Virus record (IMG/VR): IMGVR_UViG_3300000304_000008 | Coordinates: 5,363 to 69,362 of that record | Direction: 5' to 3' (one strand) | DNA: 64,000 bases | Origin: a virus | Shown: positions 1 through 8,040 of the stretch, piece by piece | How positions within the stretch are numbered: the stretch's first letter is position 1 | How the letters are laid out: every line of letters begins with the position of its first letter | Notes under the pieces: model-generated | What the model saw: the letters and a program-made list of their open reading frames with translations, nothing else | What the model was told of the DNA's origin: nothing | Databases searched by the model: none | Position numbers and translations under genes: made by a program

Positions 1-395
1 CTACTTATTATCTTTACTAGTAATAGTATAATAATTCATCTTACTTTACAACATGTTATACTGTGTATCAAACCCCCTGCCCCCCAGCCTTTGGGGGTAA
101 CGAATTATTTTGATATGTGTTGTTTTATTTGTATTTTATTAACATTTATGTTAAATTATGAATAGCATTTATTATATATATTTAATAATATATATAATTA
201 TTTAACTATAATATTAAAAATATATAAAAATTTTACTATATATTGATGTGTGTGAAGTATAAATTTGGTATATATTATTACGCGTGTGAACCTGTACGAA
301 TCAAGTCCCCCTGGTCGAGAATTGGAGGAGAAGACCCCGGTGGGGTAATCGAATCCAAAATAAAATCGAGTATCAAACTTTAAAAACATAACGTT

Positions 396-1082
396 ATGGA
401 ATGCAAATTAAGTAAAGAACAAGGAGCAAAACTTGTAGAGTATATCAGTAAACCTGGTCATTACTATCTACATGGTGTATTCGTACCAGTTGGTATGTCT
501 CTGTTGGAATCTATCAGTCTTGGAACTAATGCGCAGTATATTCTGAATATCTTTCCTCAAAATGATGAGGAAGAAGCAGCAATAACTAATGCATTCAACA
601 ATGGTGATATGTTTAAAATAACATATCAAGTTGATAGATTTAAAATCAAAGTTGAACCATTCTTGATGAGGCGTTCACGTGATTCTCAATTTGGTAAAAA
701 AGGTGAAATAATCATGGATGGCATTAAGCCGAGAATCTATGATTATATTAACATTACAAGTTGGGTATTGGTTGACCAAGTTACAAAGAAGCCTATTCTG
801 GATAAAGATGGACAAGTACAACCTAAATTGAGTGAAAACGCACTCAAAGCAAGAGCGTTGTCTATCAAAAACTTCAGAATCAAGAATGGTGATTACGAGG
901 ATTATGCAACATACTTGGCTAAGAATGGTGCAATTGCAGATGAAGAACCAAGTGATGTTACAAACACTGAAGAAGAGAACAAGATTCAGGAAGAAGTAGC
1001 AACTAAAGCTAAAGAAGCTGAGGAAAAACGTAAACAACTCGAAGCACAATTAGCTGCATTAAATGCACCTGAAAAGTTCTAA
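396..1082 (+). CDS. hypothetical early protein (228 aa, acidic coiled-coil C-terminus)
   Basis: Long ATG-TAA ORF followed by a strong hairpin; no recognisable motif. Confidence 0.85.
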   Translation: MECKLSKEQGAKLVEYISKPGHYYLHGVFVPVGMSLLESISLGTNAQYILNIFPQNDEEEAAITNAFNNGDMFKITYQVDRFKIKVEPFLMRRSRDSQFGKKGEIIMDGIKPRIYDYINITSWVLVDQVTKKPILDKDGQVQPKLSENALKARALSIKNFRIKNGDYEDYATYLAKNGAIADEEPSDVTNTEEENKIQEEVATKAKEAEEKRKQLEAQLAALNAPEKF

Positions 1083-1088
1083 CACACA

Positions 1089-1126
1089 AAATATATGGCG
1101 ATTCATAAAAAGAGTCGCCATATATT
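1089..1126 (+). terminator. intrinsic terminator-like hairpin
   Basis: 16-bp stem aatatatggcgattc / gagtcgccatatattt with 6-nt loop right after the 396-1082 stop; U-tract is short. Confidence 0.65.
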
Positions 1127-1228
1127 TCCCTCCAAAAGCCGAAGAAAAATACATTAAAGTTATATTTCTTGAAGGAAACAATGATGTTGAACCTGATAAT
1201 GTAAATACTTCCATAATATCAAACAAAA

Positions 1229-1423
1229 ATGAATAAAATAGTTATCACAGGTATTACTATTGTATCAAATTCTGATACAATATTATTGCATGGTATACGT
1301 ACTAATACTAATGGTGATTTACCATTAGGTCTAACTATTCAAGCTAATATTACAGATTATCCTTATTATTATGCTTGTATGGAGACAGCTACTCCAATAG
1401 TTATCGATGAAAACAAAGAATAA
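1229..1423 (+). CDS. small hypothetical protein
   Basis: 64-aa ORF, A-rich start context, co-oriented with neighbours. Confidence 0.65.
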   Translation: MNKIVITGITIVSNSDTILLHGIRTNTNGDLPLGLTIQANITDYPYYYACMETATPIVIDENKE

Positions 1424-1523
1424 TTCATTATAGTTTATATTTTTTGTTGTTAATAAGTATAGTCAAGATTACAGGCACAAGAGTGTTAGCGTATGAGACT
1501 ATACTTATTTTAAATTAAAAAAT

Positions 1524-1712
1524 ATGAATATAAAAATTGAAACCTGGTTTTATACAGAAGGAAAACCAGCATTTCCTGGTCCAGTATTTAATAATAAAGA
1601 AAAATTAAAAGAATGGTATAAAAGAGGATATTTAAAAGGTACACAATATACCTTACTTATTAAACAAAATGATAAATTTATTCATATTAAAGAATTTATA
1701 AAACATGAGTGA
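1524..1712 (+). CDS. small hypothetical protein
   Basis: 62-aa ORF; stop overlaps the next start. Confidence 0.65.
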   Translation: MNIKIETWFYTEGKPAFPGPVFNNKEKLKEWYKRGYLKGTQYTLLIKQNDKFIHIKEFIKHE

Positions 1713-1827
1713 AACACAAATTTTATTATTATGCTTATTGATAATAGGTGTAATAGCATTTATTATTAAATCAACTAGAAATCATCAAGATGATGATTAC
1801 GACCCACCTTATTATGGAGGATGTTAA
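1705..1827 (+). CDS. small membrane protein (40 aa, below ORF-track cutoff)
   Basis: MSETQILLLCLLIIGVIAFIIKSTRNHQDDDYDPPYYGGC; one hydrophobic segment; start overlaps upstream stop. Confidence 0.55.
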   Translation: MSETQILLLCLLIIGVIAFIIKSTRNHQDDDYDPPYYGGC

Positions 1828-1848
1828 TAACTTTTAAATATAATCAAT

Positions 1849-2100
1849 ATGAGGTATTTTTATAATTTTATTCTTGGTATTTATTTTACCATATCTTTTG
1901 TTTTAATGTTCTTACCTTTATGGTATACTTATATACCAATAAATAGTATATATGTATGGTATTATAACAATTATGAATTAGTAGATAATATTATCTATAT
2001 TAATTTTGCTTTTTCTTATATAATGTCATTAATACTATTTTATTCTAATGGCTATGAAGATGGTAAAAAAGAAAATATCATTGGTCATAAAATGGATTAA
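1849..2100 (+). CDS. small hydrophobic/membrane protein
   Basis: 83-aa ORF with two hydrophobic stretches. Confidence 0.6.
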   Translation: MRYFYNFILGIYFTISFVLMFLPLWYTYIPINSIYVWYYNNYELVDNIIYINFAFSYIMSLILFYSNGYEDGKKENIIGHKMD

Positions 2101-2204
2101 AGAGCATCCAATGAGTTATATTATGATGGCAATATTAATATATTTAATATATAATATCACAGTATTTATTAAAGTAGTTTTTTAACATTTAAAACATTAT
2201 CAAA

Positions 2205-2651
2205 ATGAAACATTTAATGATTATTATGACATTTATTATGTCAATTGTATTAATGAGTTGTAATCCTCGTGAACAAAGAGAAAAATCTCGACAAGTTGTT
2301 GAATCAACTATCGTAGAACAAAAACCACAATTAACACCAGTTATTGTGGCAACAGAATTAATCAATACTAAAAAATCTAATATTGAATTAGATATGCTTG
2401 ACAGCGTATTTAAGACAATACCAGATGAAATCATTATATTTATATGTAATGATAGTAATCTAGATTTAGATACTATTGATTCTTATTCATTAGCTAAGTT
2501 ATATTTGTCTAAAAAAGAATTTTATGATAACATAACAGACAAATATAATAAAATTGAAAAATTTAAAAAACATGATAAATTATTTAAACCTGATGAAAAA
2601 CCTGTGAAAGCAAATACTGACCAACGGTTAGATTCAATTAAAAACGTTTAG
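2205..2651 (+). CDS. putative lipoprotein
   Basis: Hydrophobic N-terminus ending LMSC (lipobox-like); ends at TAG. Confidence 0.65.
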   Translation: MKHLMIIMTFIMSIVLMSCNPREQREKSRQVVESTIVEQKPQLTPVIVATELINTKKSNIELDMLDSVFKTIPDEIIIFICNDSNLDLDTIDSYSLAKLYLSKKEFYDNITDKYNKIEKFKKHDKLFKPDEKPVKANTDQRLDSIKNV

Positions 2652-2695
2652 TACTTTACTTTAAATCATGTTTTAACCAAGTAGTTTTATTTAGT

Positions 2696-3019
2696 CTTAA
2701 CTCTATTGTGAAATACAGTTAAGGCGTCTTCAGAAAATGACAAGCATGTGGGGCGTAAGTGTATAGTTACTTGAAGTATTATGTATTGTGCGTATACATA
2801 GTGAAGAGACGCATTATCTATATACAATCGTGCAGACGTTAAAACCATGTACTCCAATAAGGTTAGCTTGACAGCTTACCTGCTTATGAGTTAAAACTAT
2901 AGTGAGAGTCATAAAAATAATTTAATCTATCGTTATTCTAAAGGCTAATTAAGTAATTACGGTTATTCTTTAATTATACTCGCTGCATCGAGTATAAATA
3001 TTAATCCTAATGCAGTAGG
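2696..3019 (+). ncRNA. candidate structured intergenic RNA
   Basis: Several helices (2696-2723, 2724-2732/2802-2812, 2780-2800, 2759-2766/2818-2825) plus two hairpins with complementary loops (2974-2997, 3006-3019); no ORF. Confidence 0.45.
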
Positions 3020-3056
3020 CGTCGTTAATTAACTCTAAACTTTAAAATTATGTAAA

Positions 3057-3272
3057 ATGTTAATCAAAAAGAAATTAAAAGTAATCAAGGCAATTATTAA
3101 AGCAGATTACCTTGATATGGAAGTGTTAGGTTCTATACCTTGTTATTTAAAAGGTAAACATGAATGGGTTTCTGAGTTTAATCCTAAAGAGGAAATAACT
3201 AAACCTGTTAATCAAAGAGTTTATTGTAAGCATTGTGGTATTTATTACGGCAGTGCAAAGTTTCATCATTAA
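3057..3272 (+). CDS. small Cys/His-containing hypothetical protein
   Basis: C..GKHEW and YCKHCG motifs suggest metal binding. Confidence 0.65.
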   Translation: MLIKKKLKVIKAIIKADYLDMEVLGSIPCYLKGKHEWVSEFNPKEEITKPVNQRVYCKHCGIYYGSAKFHH

Positions 3273-3285
3273 AATTATTTAACTT

Positions 3286-3681
3286 ATGAAATTAATTATT
3301 ATTGGCATCAACAACAATGTTGATGAATCTACCTTAAGAGTAGCATTACAAAAATTTGCAAAAATTGTAAATGGTACATCAACTCCTATCGTTATTGAAG
3401 AAGCAGATTTAAAAATTGCTGAACAAGAACGTACGGATTTTGAAAAAATCATTGATGATGTTATTACAATTTGTGGTTCTCCTCAAAAAAGAATTGAATT
3501 TGATGCAGCATTTTGGACAAAATTTATCGGTCATTTTAAAGATAAAGATGATGCAAAAGTAATTCTAAATAAAATTGTAGATTCATGCTACAATGATACA
3601 GAAGCACGAGCATATCTTCGTAAGATTAATGCTGATAGAATATTTGAACTTTGTAAACTTGCACTTGGAATGATTCGTTAA
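3286..3681 (+). CDS. hypothetical protein
   Basis: 131-aa ORF in tightly packed operon. Confidence 0.75.
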   Translation: MKLIIIGINNNVDESTLRVALQKFAKIVNGTSTPIVIEEADLKIAEQERTDFEKIIDDVITICGSPQKRIEFDAAFWTKFIGHFKDKDDAKVILNKIVDSCYNDTEARAYLRKINADRIFELCKLALGMIR

Positions 3682-3683
3682 CT

Positions 3684-3785
3684 ATGGGAAAGACATATCG
3701 TGATTATCCTAAAGATAAACCTAAGGATAATTATAAAAAAGCAAAACATGTTAAAATGAAACCTTATAAAAGAAATGAAAAGTGA
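3684..3785 (+). CDS. small basic protein (33 aa)
   Basis: MGKTYRDYPKDKPKDNYKKAKHVKMKPYKRNEK fills the gap between neighbours and overlaps the next start. Confidence 0.45.
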   Translation: MGKTYRDYPKDKPKDNYKKAKHVKMKPYKRNEK

Positions 3786-3966
3786 TTATATTGAATTTCA
3801 TCAAGATAATGAATCTGTTTTTATTAACAAAAATATGATTGTTGCCATATATATAGATGAAAGTTCACTTGATAAATGTTTATGTGGTACAACAATTGAA
3901 TGCTTAAATGGTGACACATATACTGTTGATGAAAATATAAATGAAGTAATAAAATGTTTAGAATAA
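3775..3966 (+). CDS. small hypothetical protein
   Basis: 63-aa ORF overlapping the next gene. Confidence 0.7.
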   Translation: MKSDYIEFHQDNESVFINKNMIVAIYIDESSLDKCLCGTTIECLNGDTYTVDENINEVIKCLE

Positions 3967-4394
3967 ATCAACTTGTGTTATTACCTTGTCATGAAGCTAT
4001 TGGTCAAATAGTTTATATTGATGAGAATAAAATGGTAGTTAGAGTATCAGAAGATATTAATCATAAAAAGATTGATACTTATGATGTTACTTTAACACCT
4101 GAAGGTTATATACCTCATACTAAAGTATCTTTAATGGAAAGAATACCATTCTATGAAAATGAGAATGTATATATTAAATCATTAGATGGTACTGTAGATA
4201 TAGGTAAAGTATCAAACTTTAGAGTACAAAAATATCCAGATTCTGAATGTATTGAACTAGTTGCTGATTTTATATCAGATAATAGAGTTACAGCAGTAAA
4301 TATGGATAAATGTTTTAAACTATCTCAATTAAAGAGACAGATTGATAAATATTCACGTGAAAATGAAAATTTATACTCTTTTAATGTTAGATAA
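3954..4394 (+). CDS. hypothetical protein
   Basis: 146-aa ORF. Confidence 0.75.
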   Translation: MFRINQLVLLPCHEAIGQIVYIDENKMVVRVSEDINHKKIDTYDVTLTPEGYIPHTKVSLMERIPFYENENVYIKSLDGTVDIGKVSNFRVQKYPDSECIELVADFISDNRVTAVNMDKCFKLSQLKRQIDKYSRENENLYSFNVR

Positions 4395-4469
4395 TTGTTA
4401 ATGGTGGACCGTACTTAGAGGAATTGGTGTATAGATATTAGCATACTAAGTATTTTAATTTTTTAAATT

Positions 4470-4667
4470 ATGGCAGAATACGTTAACTTATTATTAAGAC
4501 AAAAAGATTTTACATTTAAAGAAGAACTTGTCGAATGTAAAAGAATAGGTAAACCTTTTCCAAATAAAAATAAAAAGATTAAAAGATTGTATCAAAAAAT
4601 ACAATACAAACATCCTTTTTATAATAAAATTGTAGAAGGTGTAGTACCAGAAAGTATTATATATTAA
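4470..4667 (+). CDS. small basic hypothetical protein
   Basis: 65-aa ORF with good start context. Confidence 0.65.
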   Translation: MAEYVNLLLRQKDFTFKEELVECKRIGKPFPNKNKKIKRLYQKIQYKHPFYNKIVEGVVPESIIY

Positions 4668-4722
4668 TTATATAATATAGTGTTTATCAAAATTTTGTTT
4701 AACTATCAAAACTATTAAAATT

Positions 4723-5109
4723 ATGGAAGAAACAAAAAAGTACAATTTCGATGACGCAATCGCAAATGAAGAAACTACAAAAGTTCAATCAGCAGCTGTA
4801 ACTCGTGCAAAACAGAAAATGGAAGAAGAACAACTTGAACGTGATGCTCGTGAAGTACAACGCCGGTTAACTCGTGCAGATGAAGATGTAAAAAATGCTG
4901 AACGTGCCGGTAGATATGCTTCTAAAAAGAAGAATATCTTGAAAAAGTATTCTGAAGCGCTTGTTGAAGCGAAAAATCAGTTTGAAACTGATGGCGATTG
5001 GAAAGCATACGATAAGAAAATTAACGACCTCAAGAACGAAAAAGACAAATCTATTCGTGACGCAAAAGAGGCTGTTTACGGTGATGACGCATGGTGCATT
5101 TCCGACTAA
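4723..5109 (+). CDS. coiled-coil hypothetical protein
   Basis: 128-aa charged helical ORF. Confidence 0.8.
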   Translation: MEETKKYNFDDAIANEETTKVQSAAVTRAKQKMEEEQLERDAREVQRRLTRADEDVKNAERAGRYASKKKNILKKYSEALVEAKNQFETDGDWKAYDKKINDLKNEKDKSIRDAKEAVYGDDAWCISD

Positions 5110-5149
5110 TCCTAGTCTAATGTTTTAATACTAAAAAGACTATTTTATC

Positions 5150-5470
5150 GTAGTAACATATAGAGGAAGTGAAGGTTCTATAGACGCGAGGGACTTCCGA
5201 AAGTGTTATAAGATAAATGCGAAAGCAAGTAAATAACTTAATGTTAATACTCTGGATTAATAATATGTCGTTTCTCATGACTTTAAAAGAGACAGTCTGT
5301 AACCAAGTACTATATGGAAAGGAATGTGTTAGACTCTGAGAGCGCATCAGACTAATCTAAGGATGAAAAAATGTACATATTATCAAAATATAGATATAGG
5401 TGTGTGTCGTAGAACCTTTAGTTCAATTGAGTCCCAGTAATGGTGAGCACTTGCTAACATCTATATTCTA
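5150..5470 (+). ncRNA. candidate structured RNA upstream of tmRNA
   Basis: Hairpin 5165-5198, closing helix 5394-5403/5457-5466, long-range pairs 5171-5180/5410-5419 (10 bp) and 5190-5195/5430-5435 (6 bp), GNRA hairpin TGC-GAAA-GCA. Confidence 0.5.
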
Positions 5471-5626
5471 TCAAAGAGGTCTATCATTTATTATATTAAA
5501 TAATATGCTTTATGCTGTATTATATAGTTTATACTTTATGTTCATACTATAAATATATATTTAAATATGCTTAGGCTAAAACAATATATATTAAAATAAT
5601 ACTTATTTAATATAATTAACTTATTA

Positions 5627-5937
5627 AGTATGAGGAGCTTAATTGTTCCTCATACTACTATATGACTGTTAGGTCATTATACAGTTGTTAAGACGAGGGT
5701 TCGATTCCCTCTAGCTCCACGCTCTATGAGCACAAGGAAAAACATCATTTAGGTTTCTACTCTTCTTTTCCTTAAATAAAAAAGAAGAGATTAGGGGCTA
5801 ACTGGTTTTGATTAGCAACAAGATATAATGAATAGGTCATATAATTGTCTAAATGGCAATAAATTTGTTACAGACTATACTCGGATTGCAGCGTAATCTA
5901 AGTATAGCAGGGCTAAGCTAATGTCCTAGAAAGCTGG
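5627..5937 (+). ncRNA. ssrA: tmRNA, circularly permuted (two-piece) form
   Basis: T-arm GAGGG-TTCGATT-CCCTC (5695-5711) plus acceptor 3' strand TAGCTCC-A (5712-5719) lie upstream of 5' strand GGGGCTA (5794-5800), giving a 7-bp stem with G3.U70; helix 2 pairs 5659-5690 with ~5813-5853; tag frame 5855-5896 GNKFVTDYTRIAA*; outer ends approximate. Confidence 0.9.
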
Positions 5938-5982
5938 TGTGTGTAGTTGGTATTACTAGGTTCGAATCCTAGCACACAACTA
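5938..5982 (+). ncRNA. tRNA-like minihelix (acceptor stem plus T-arm only)
   Basis: TGTGTG/CACACA 6-bp stem, CTAGG-TTCGAAT-CCTAG T-arm, 12-nt linker replacing D and anticodon arms, 3' ACTA. Confidence 0.6.
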
Positions 5983-6013
5983 ATAATATTGTTTAATTTA
6001 AATTTATACGCGT

Positions 6014-6223
6014 ATGAGAACAGTAAATCAAAGAAAAGCAAGTACCCGTAATCATCAATTAATGCTGTTAGCTGGTATGATTACTAATCTTAACAGTATG
6101 GAAAGACAATGTGCATCTATACCTATTAGAGATCATATTGATAAAGTAAAAAATAGTATTCAAAAACTTCAAAATGCTATTTTTAGAAGTGAAACTAAAG
6201 ATTGGATTGAACAACCTTATTAA
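6014..6223 (+). CDS. small hypothetical protein
   Basis: 69-aa ORF, first of a packed operon. Confidence 0.7.
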   Translation: MRTVNQRKASTRNHQLMLLAGMITNLNSMERQCASIPIRDHIDKVKNSIQKLQNAIFRSETKDWIEQPY

Positions 6224-6225
6224 TT

Positions 6226-6543
6226 ATGAATAGAGGTAGACATCATTATCAAATGGATGAAATAGTTAAACTAGCAAAACAATATGGCGCACATTATCCT
6301 AAAGCATGGAAAAATAGTATTTCTCATGAAAATCTAATAAATTTAATTAATACTCAAAAAGAAAAGTGTGGATTTAATGATTTACATATTTTTGAAACTA
6401 ATTTTACTAGTAGTGATATAACTAAAGGTGGATTTAACTGGGGTAGAACTGAAGAAGGCTTTTATTTTTGGCAAAAAGTTTTAGAGAGATTATACTATAG
6501 AATACTAAATTATAAAAGTAAATCAAATCAAAAAAAACACTAA
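6226..6543 (+). CDS. hypothetical protein
   Basis: 105-aa ORF with aromatic FNWGRTEEGFYFW motif. Confidence 0.75.
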   Translation: MNRGRHHYQMDEIVKLAKQYGAHYPKAWKNSISHENLINLINTQKEKCGFNDLHIFETNFTSSDITKGGFNWGRTEEGFYFWQKVLERLYYRILNYKSKSNQKKH

Positions 6544-6556
6544 TAATTAAATTAAA

Positions 6557-6874
6557 ATGAATCAATCAAAAGGCTTAAGAATAGCTATCAAGCATTATAT
6601 GCCTGAAGCTTGGGAAAAAATTCTTAGAAAATATAAAATATATCAACAATATGTTGAATATGTTTATATGTCTTTACCAGATTATATGAAAGGTTCTAAA
6701 ATATATTATGGTAAAGTAGGATGGTGTATTGGCTTAAATAGAATTAAATTTATATTCAAAAATTGGGCTATTGATGAATGTATACAAGGTCAATATAAAC
6801 AAGCATTTAAAAAACCAATATTTTGGAATAAAATTAAAGCCGAAATTATGCAATATAATCAAAATTGTAGATAA
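6557..6874 (+). CDS. hypothetical protein
   Basis: 105-aa ORF. Confidence 0.75.
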   Translation: MNQSKGLRIAIKHYMPEAWEKILRKYKIYQQYVEYVYMSLPDYMKGSKIYYGKVGWCIGLNRIKFIFKNWAIDECIQGQYKQAFKKPIFWNKIKAEIMQYNQNCR

Positions 6875-6876
6875 TT

Positions 6877-7074
6877 ATGGAAATAATTTCATATGTAAAA
6901 TGGACAGAACCTGGTGAATATAACAGATTTTGTGAATTAATTACATCTACAAAAGATAATATTGAATTAAAAGATAAAATTATGAAATCTTTTAATGTAG
7001 ATAAAACTACAGCAAATATTATAATTTTGAGATACAAAAACAAAATTAATACATTACGTTTAAAAAATAGTTAA
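6877..7074 (+). CDS. small hypothetical protein
   Basis: 65-aa ORF. Confidence 0.65.
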   Translation: MEIISYVKWTEPGEYNRFCELITSTKDNIELKDKIMKSFNVDKTTANIIILRYKNKINTLRLKNS

Positions 7075-7077
7075 TTT

Positions 7078-7554
7078 ATGGCAAAAGAATTAAAAGAGGG
7101 CATATATATTGCTCAAAGTCCAGAGATTAATATACTCATCAGAGTGGCTGGAAAAGCACCATTATTATCAATAATTGGCGCAATCGATTTGAATAAATTT
7201 TATCAAACCGGTAAAGTAGAGAATTTATCAGAAAATTCTATTGAAGTATTAGACATTATGTCTTGCCCTGAGAAGTATCGTTTTGAACCACCTTCAATTA
7301 CATCTGCAATTGAAAGTACTGGTATTAACAAAGAATTAGGTCGTACTCTCAGTGATATAACAGATGATGAGGAATCAGAATTTGTTCGCAAATATCAAGA
7401 ACTTATACGATTATATGGTTCTTGTGACAAAGCCGATAATCGTATGATTCTTTGGCTTAAAAAAGAAAAGAATATTGCAATTTCACAAGGTAGATTTGTG
7501 ATTGAAAAGATTAAAAAATTAATTCAGTCATATGGAACTCAAAGAGATTGTTAA
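7078..7554 (+). CDS. hypothetical protein
   Basis: 158-aa ORF overlapping the next gene. Confidence 0.8.
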   Translation: MAKELKEGIYIAQSPEINILIRVAGKAPLLSIIGAIDLNKFYQTGKVENLSENSIEVLDIMSCPEKYRFEPPSITSAIESTGINKELGRTLSDITDDEESEFVRKYQELIRLYGSCDKADNRMILWLKKEKNIAISQGRFVIEKIKKLIQSYGTQRDC

Positions 7555-7990
7555 CATTCTTAACAAAAATTTAGATTGGGACTTCAAATTTAATTTAGAC
7601 ACTATTTATCAATCTTTAGCTGTATATGATGGTACTAAAATTAGTGGATTTGTATGTTATCTTAATAGTATTATAAAAGATTATTCAGTCATGCCTAAAA
7701 ATTTTACATGGGATATGTATGCAGACCAAAAATTAAAAGTACTTCAATTAAGCTATTGGATTAATGAACATATATTTATGGAATCCTTACAAAAATTGTG
7801 TGATAATAAACCTCCAATGCATCAAACAATGTATGTAAGATTAAGAATTGCTATAAATATGATAGATAAATTAAATTTAAGAAATTCTCAAAAATTAGAA
7901 TGGCAAGACCATTTAAGGTTGGTTTGTCATAGTAGAAATTTAGTTATGAGTAATTATTATTTAGATAATATTATTCAATTGCCATTCTAA
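7532..7990 (+). CDS. hypothetical protein
   Basis: 152-aa ORF. Confidence 0.8.
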   Translation: MELKEIVNILNKNLDWDFKFNLDTIYQSLAVYDGTKISGFVCYLNSIIKDYSVMPKNFTWDMYADQKLKVLQLSYWINEHIFMESLQKLCDNKPPMHQTMYVRLRIAINMIDKLNLRNSQKLEWQDHLRLVCHSRNLVMSNYYLDNIIQLPF

Positions 7991-8040
7991 TATTAGGGTG
8001 TAGGTTATTGGGTTAACCTACACCCACTAAAATTTAGCTT

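Noticed and set aside
675-1049. Antisense ORFs over real genes (675-1049, 2189-2434, 8951-9202, 9535-9999, 14456-14770, 37867-38220, 45196-45474, 47634-47903 and similar)
   Set aside because: Shadow frames of better-supported genes on the opposite strand; biased composition and no motifs.
2590-2609. CTGATGA...GAAA hammerhead-like core
   Set aside because: No stem II between the motifs, no flanking stems, and it lies inside a coding sequence.
2974-3030. Pistol ribozyme assignment (6-nt loop pseudoknot followed by GCGT)
   Set aside because: No room for P2, GCGT is offset by 3 nt, and no P3 or closing strand; kept only as a kissing-loop observation.
5161-5420. RNase P RNA (GAGGAAG... and ...AGAACC resemble conserved regions I and V)
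   Set aside because: The P4 pairing register and GAAAGUCC/GGCUUA consensus are not reproduced.
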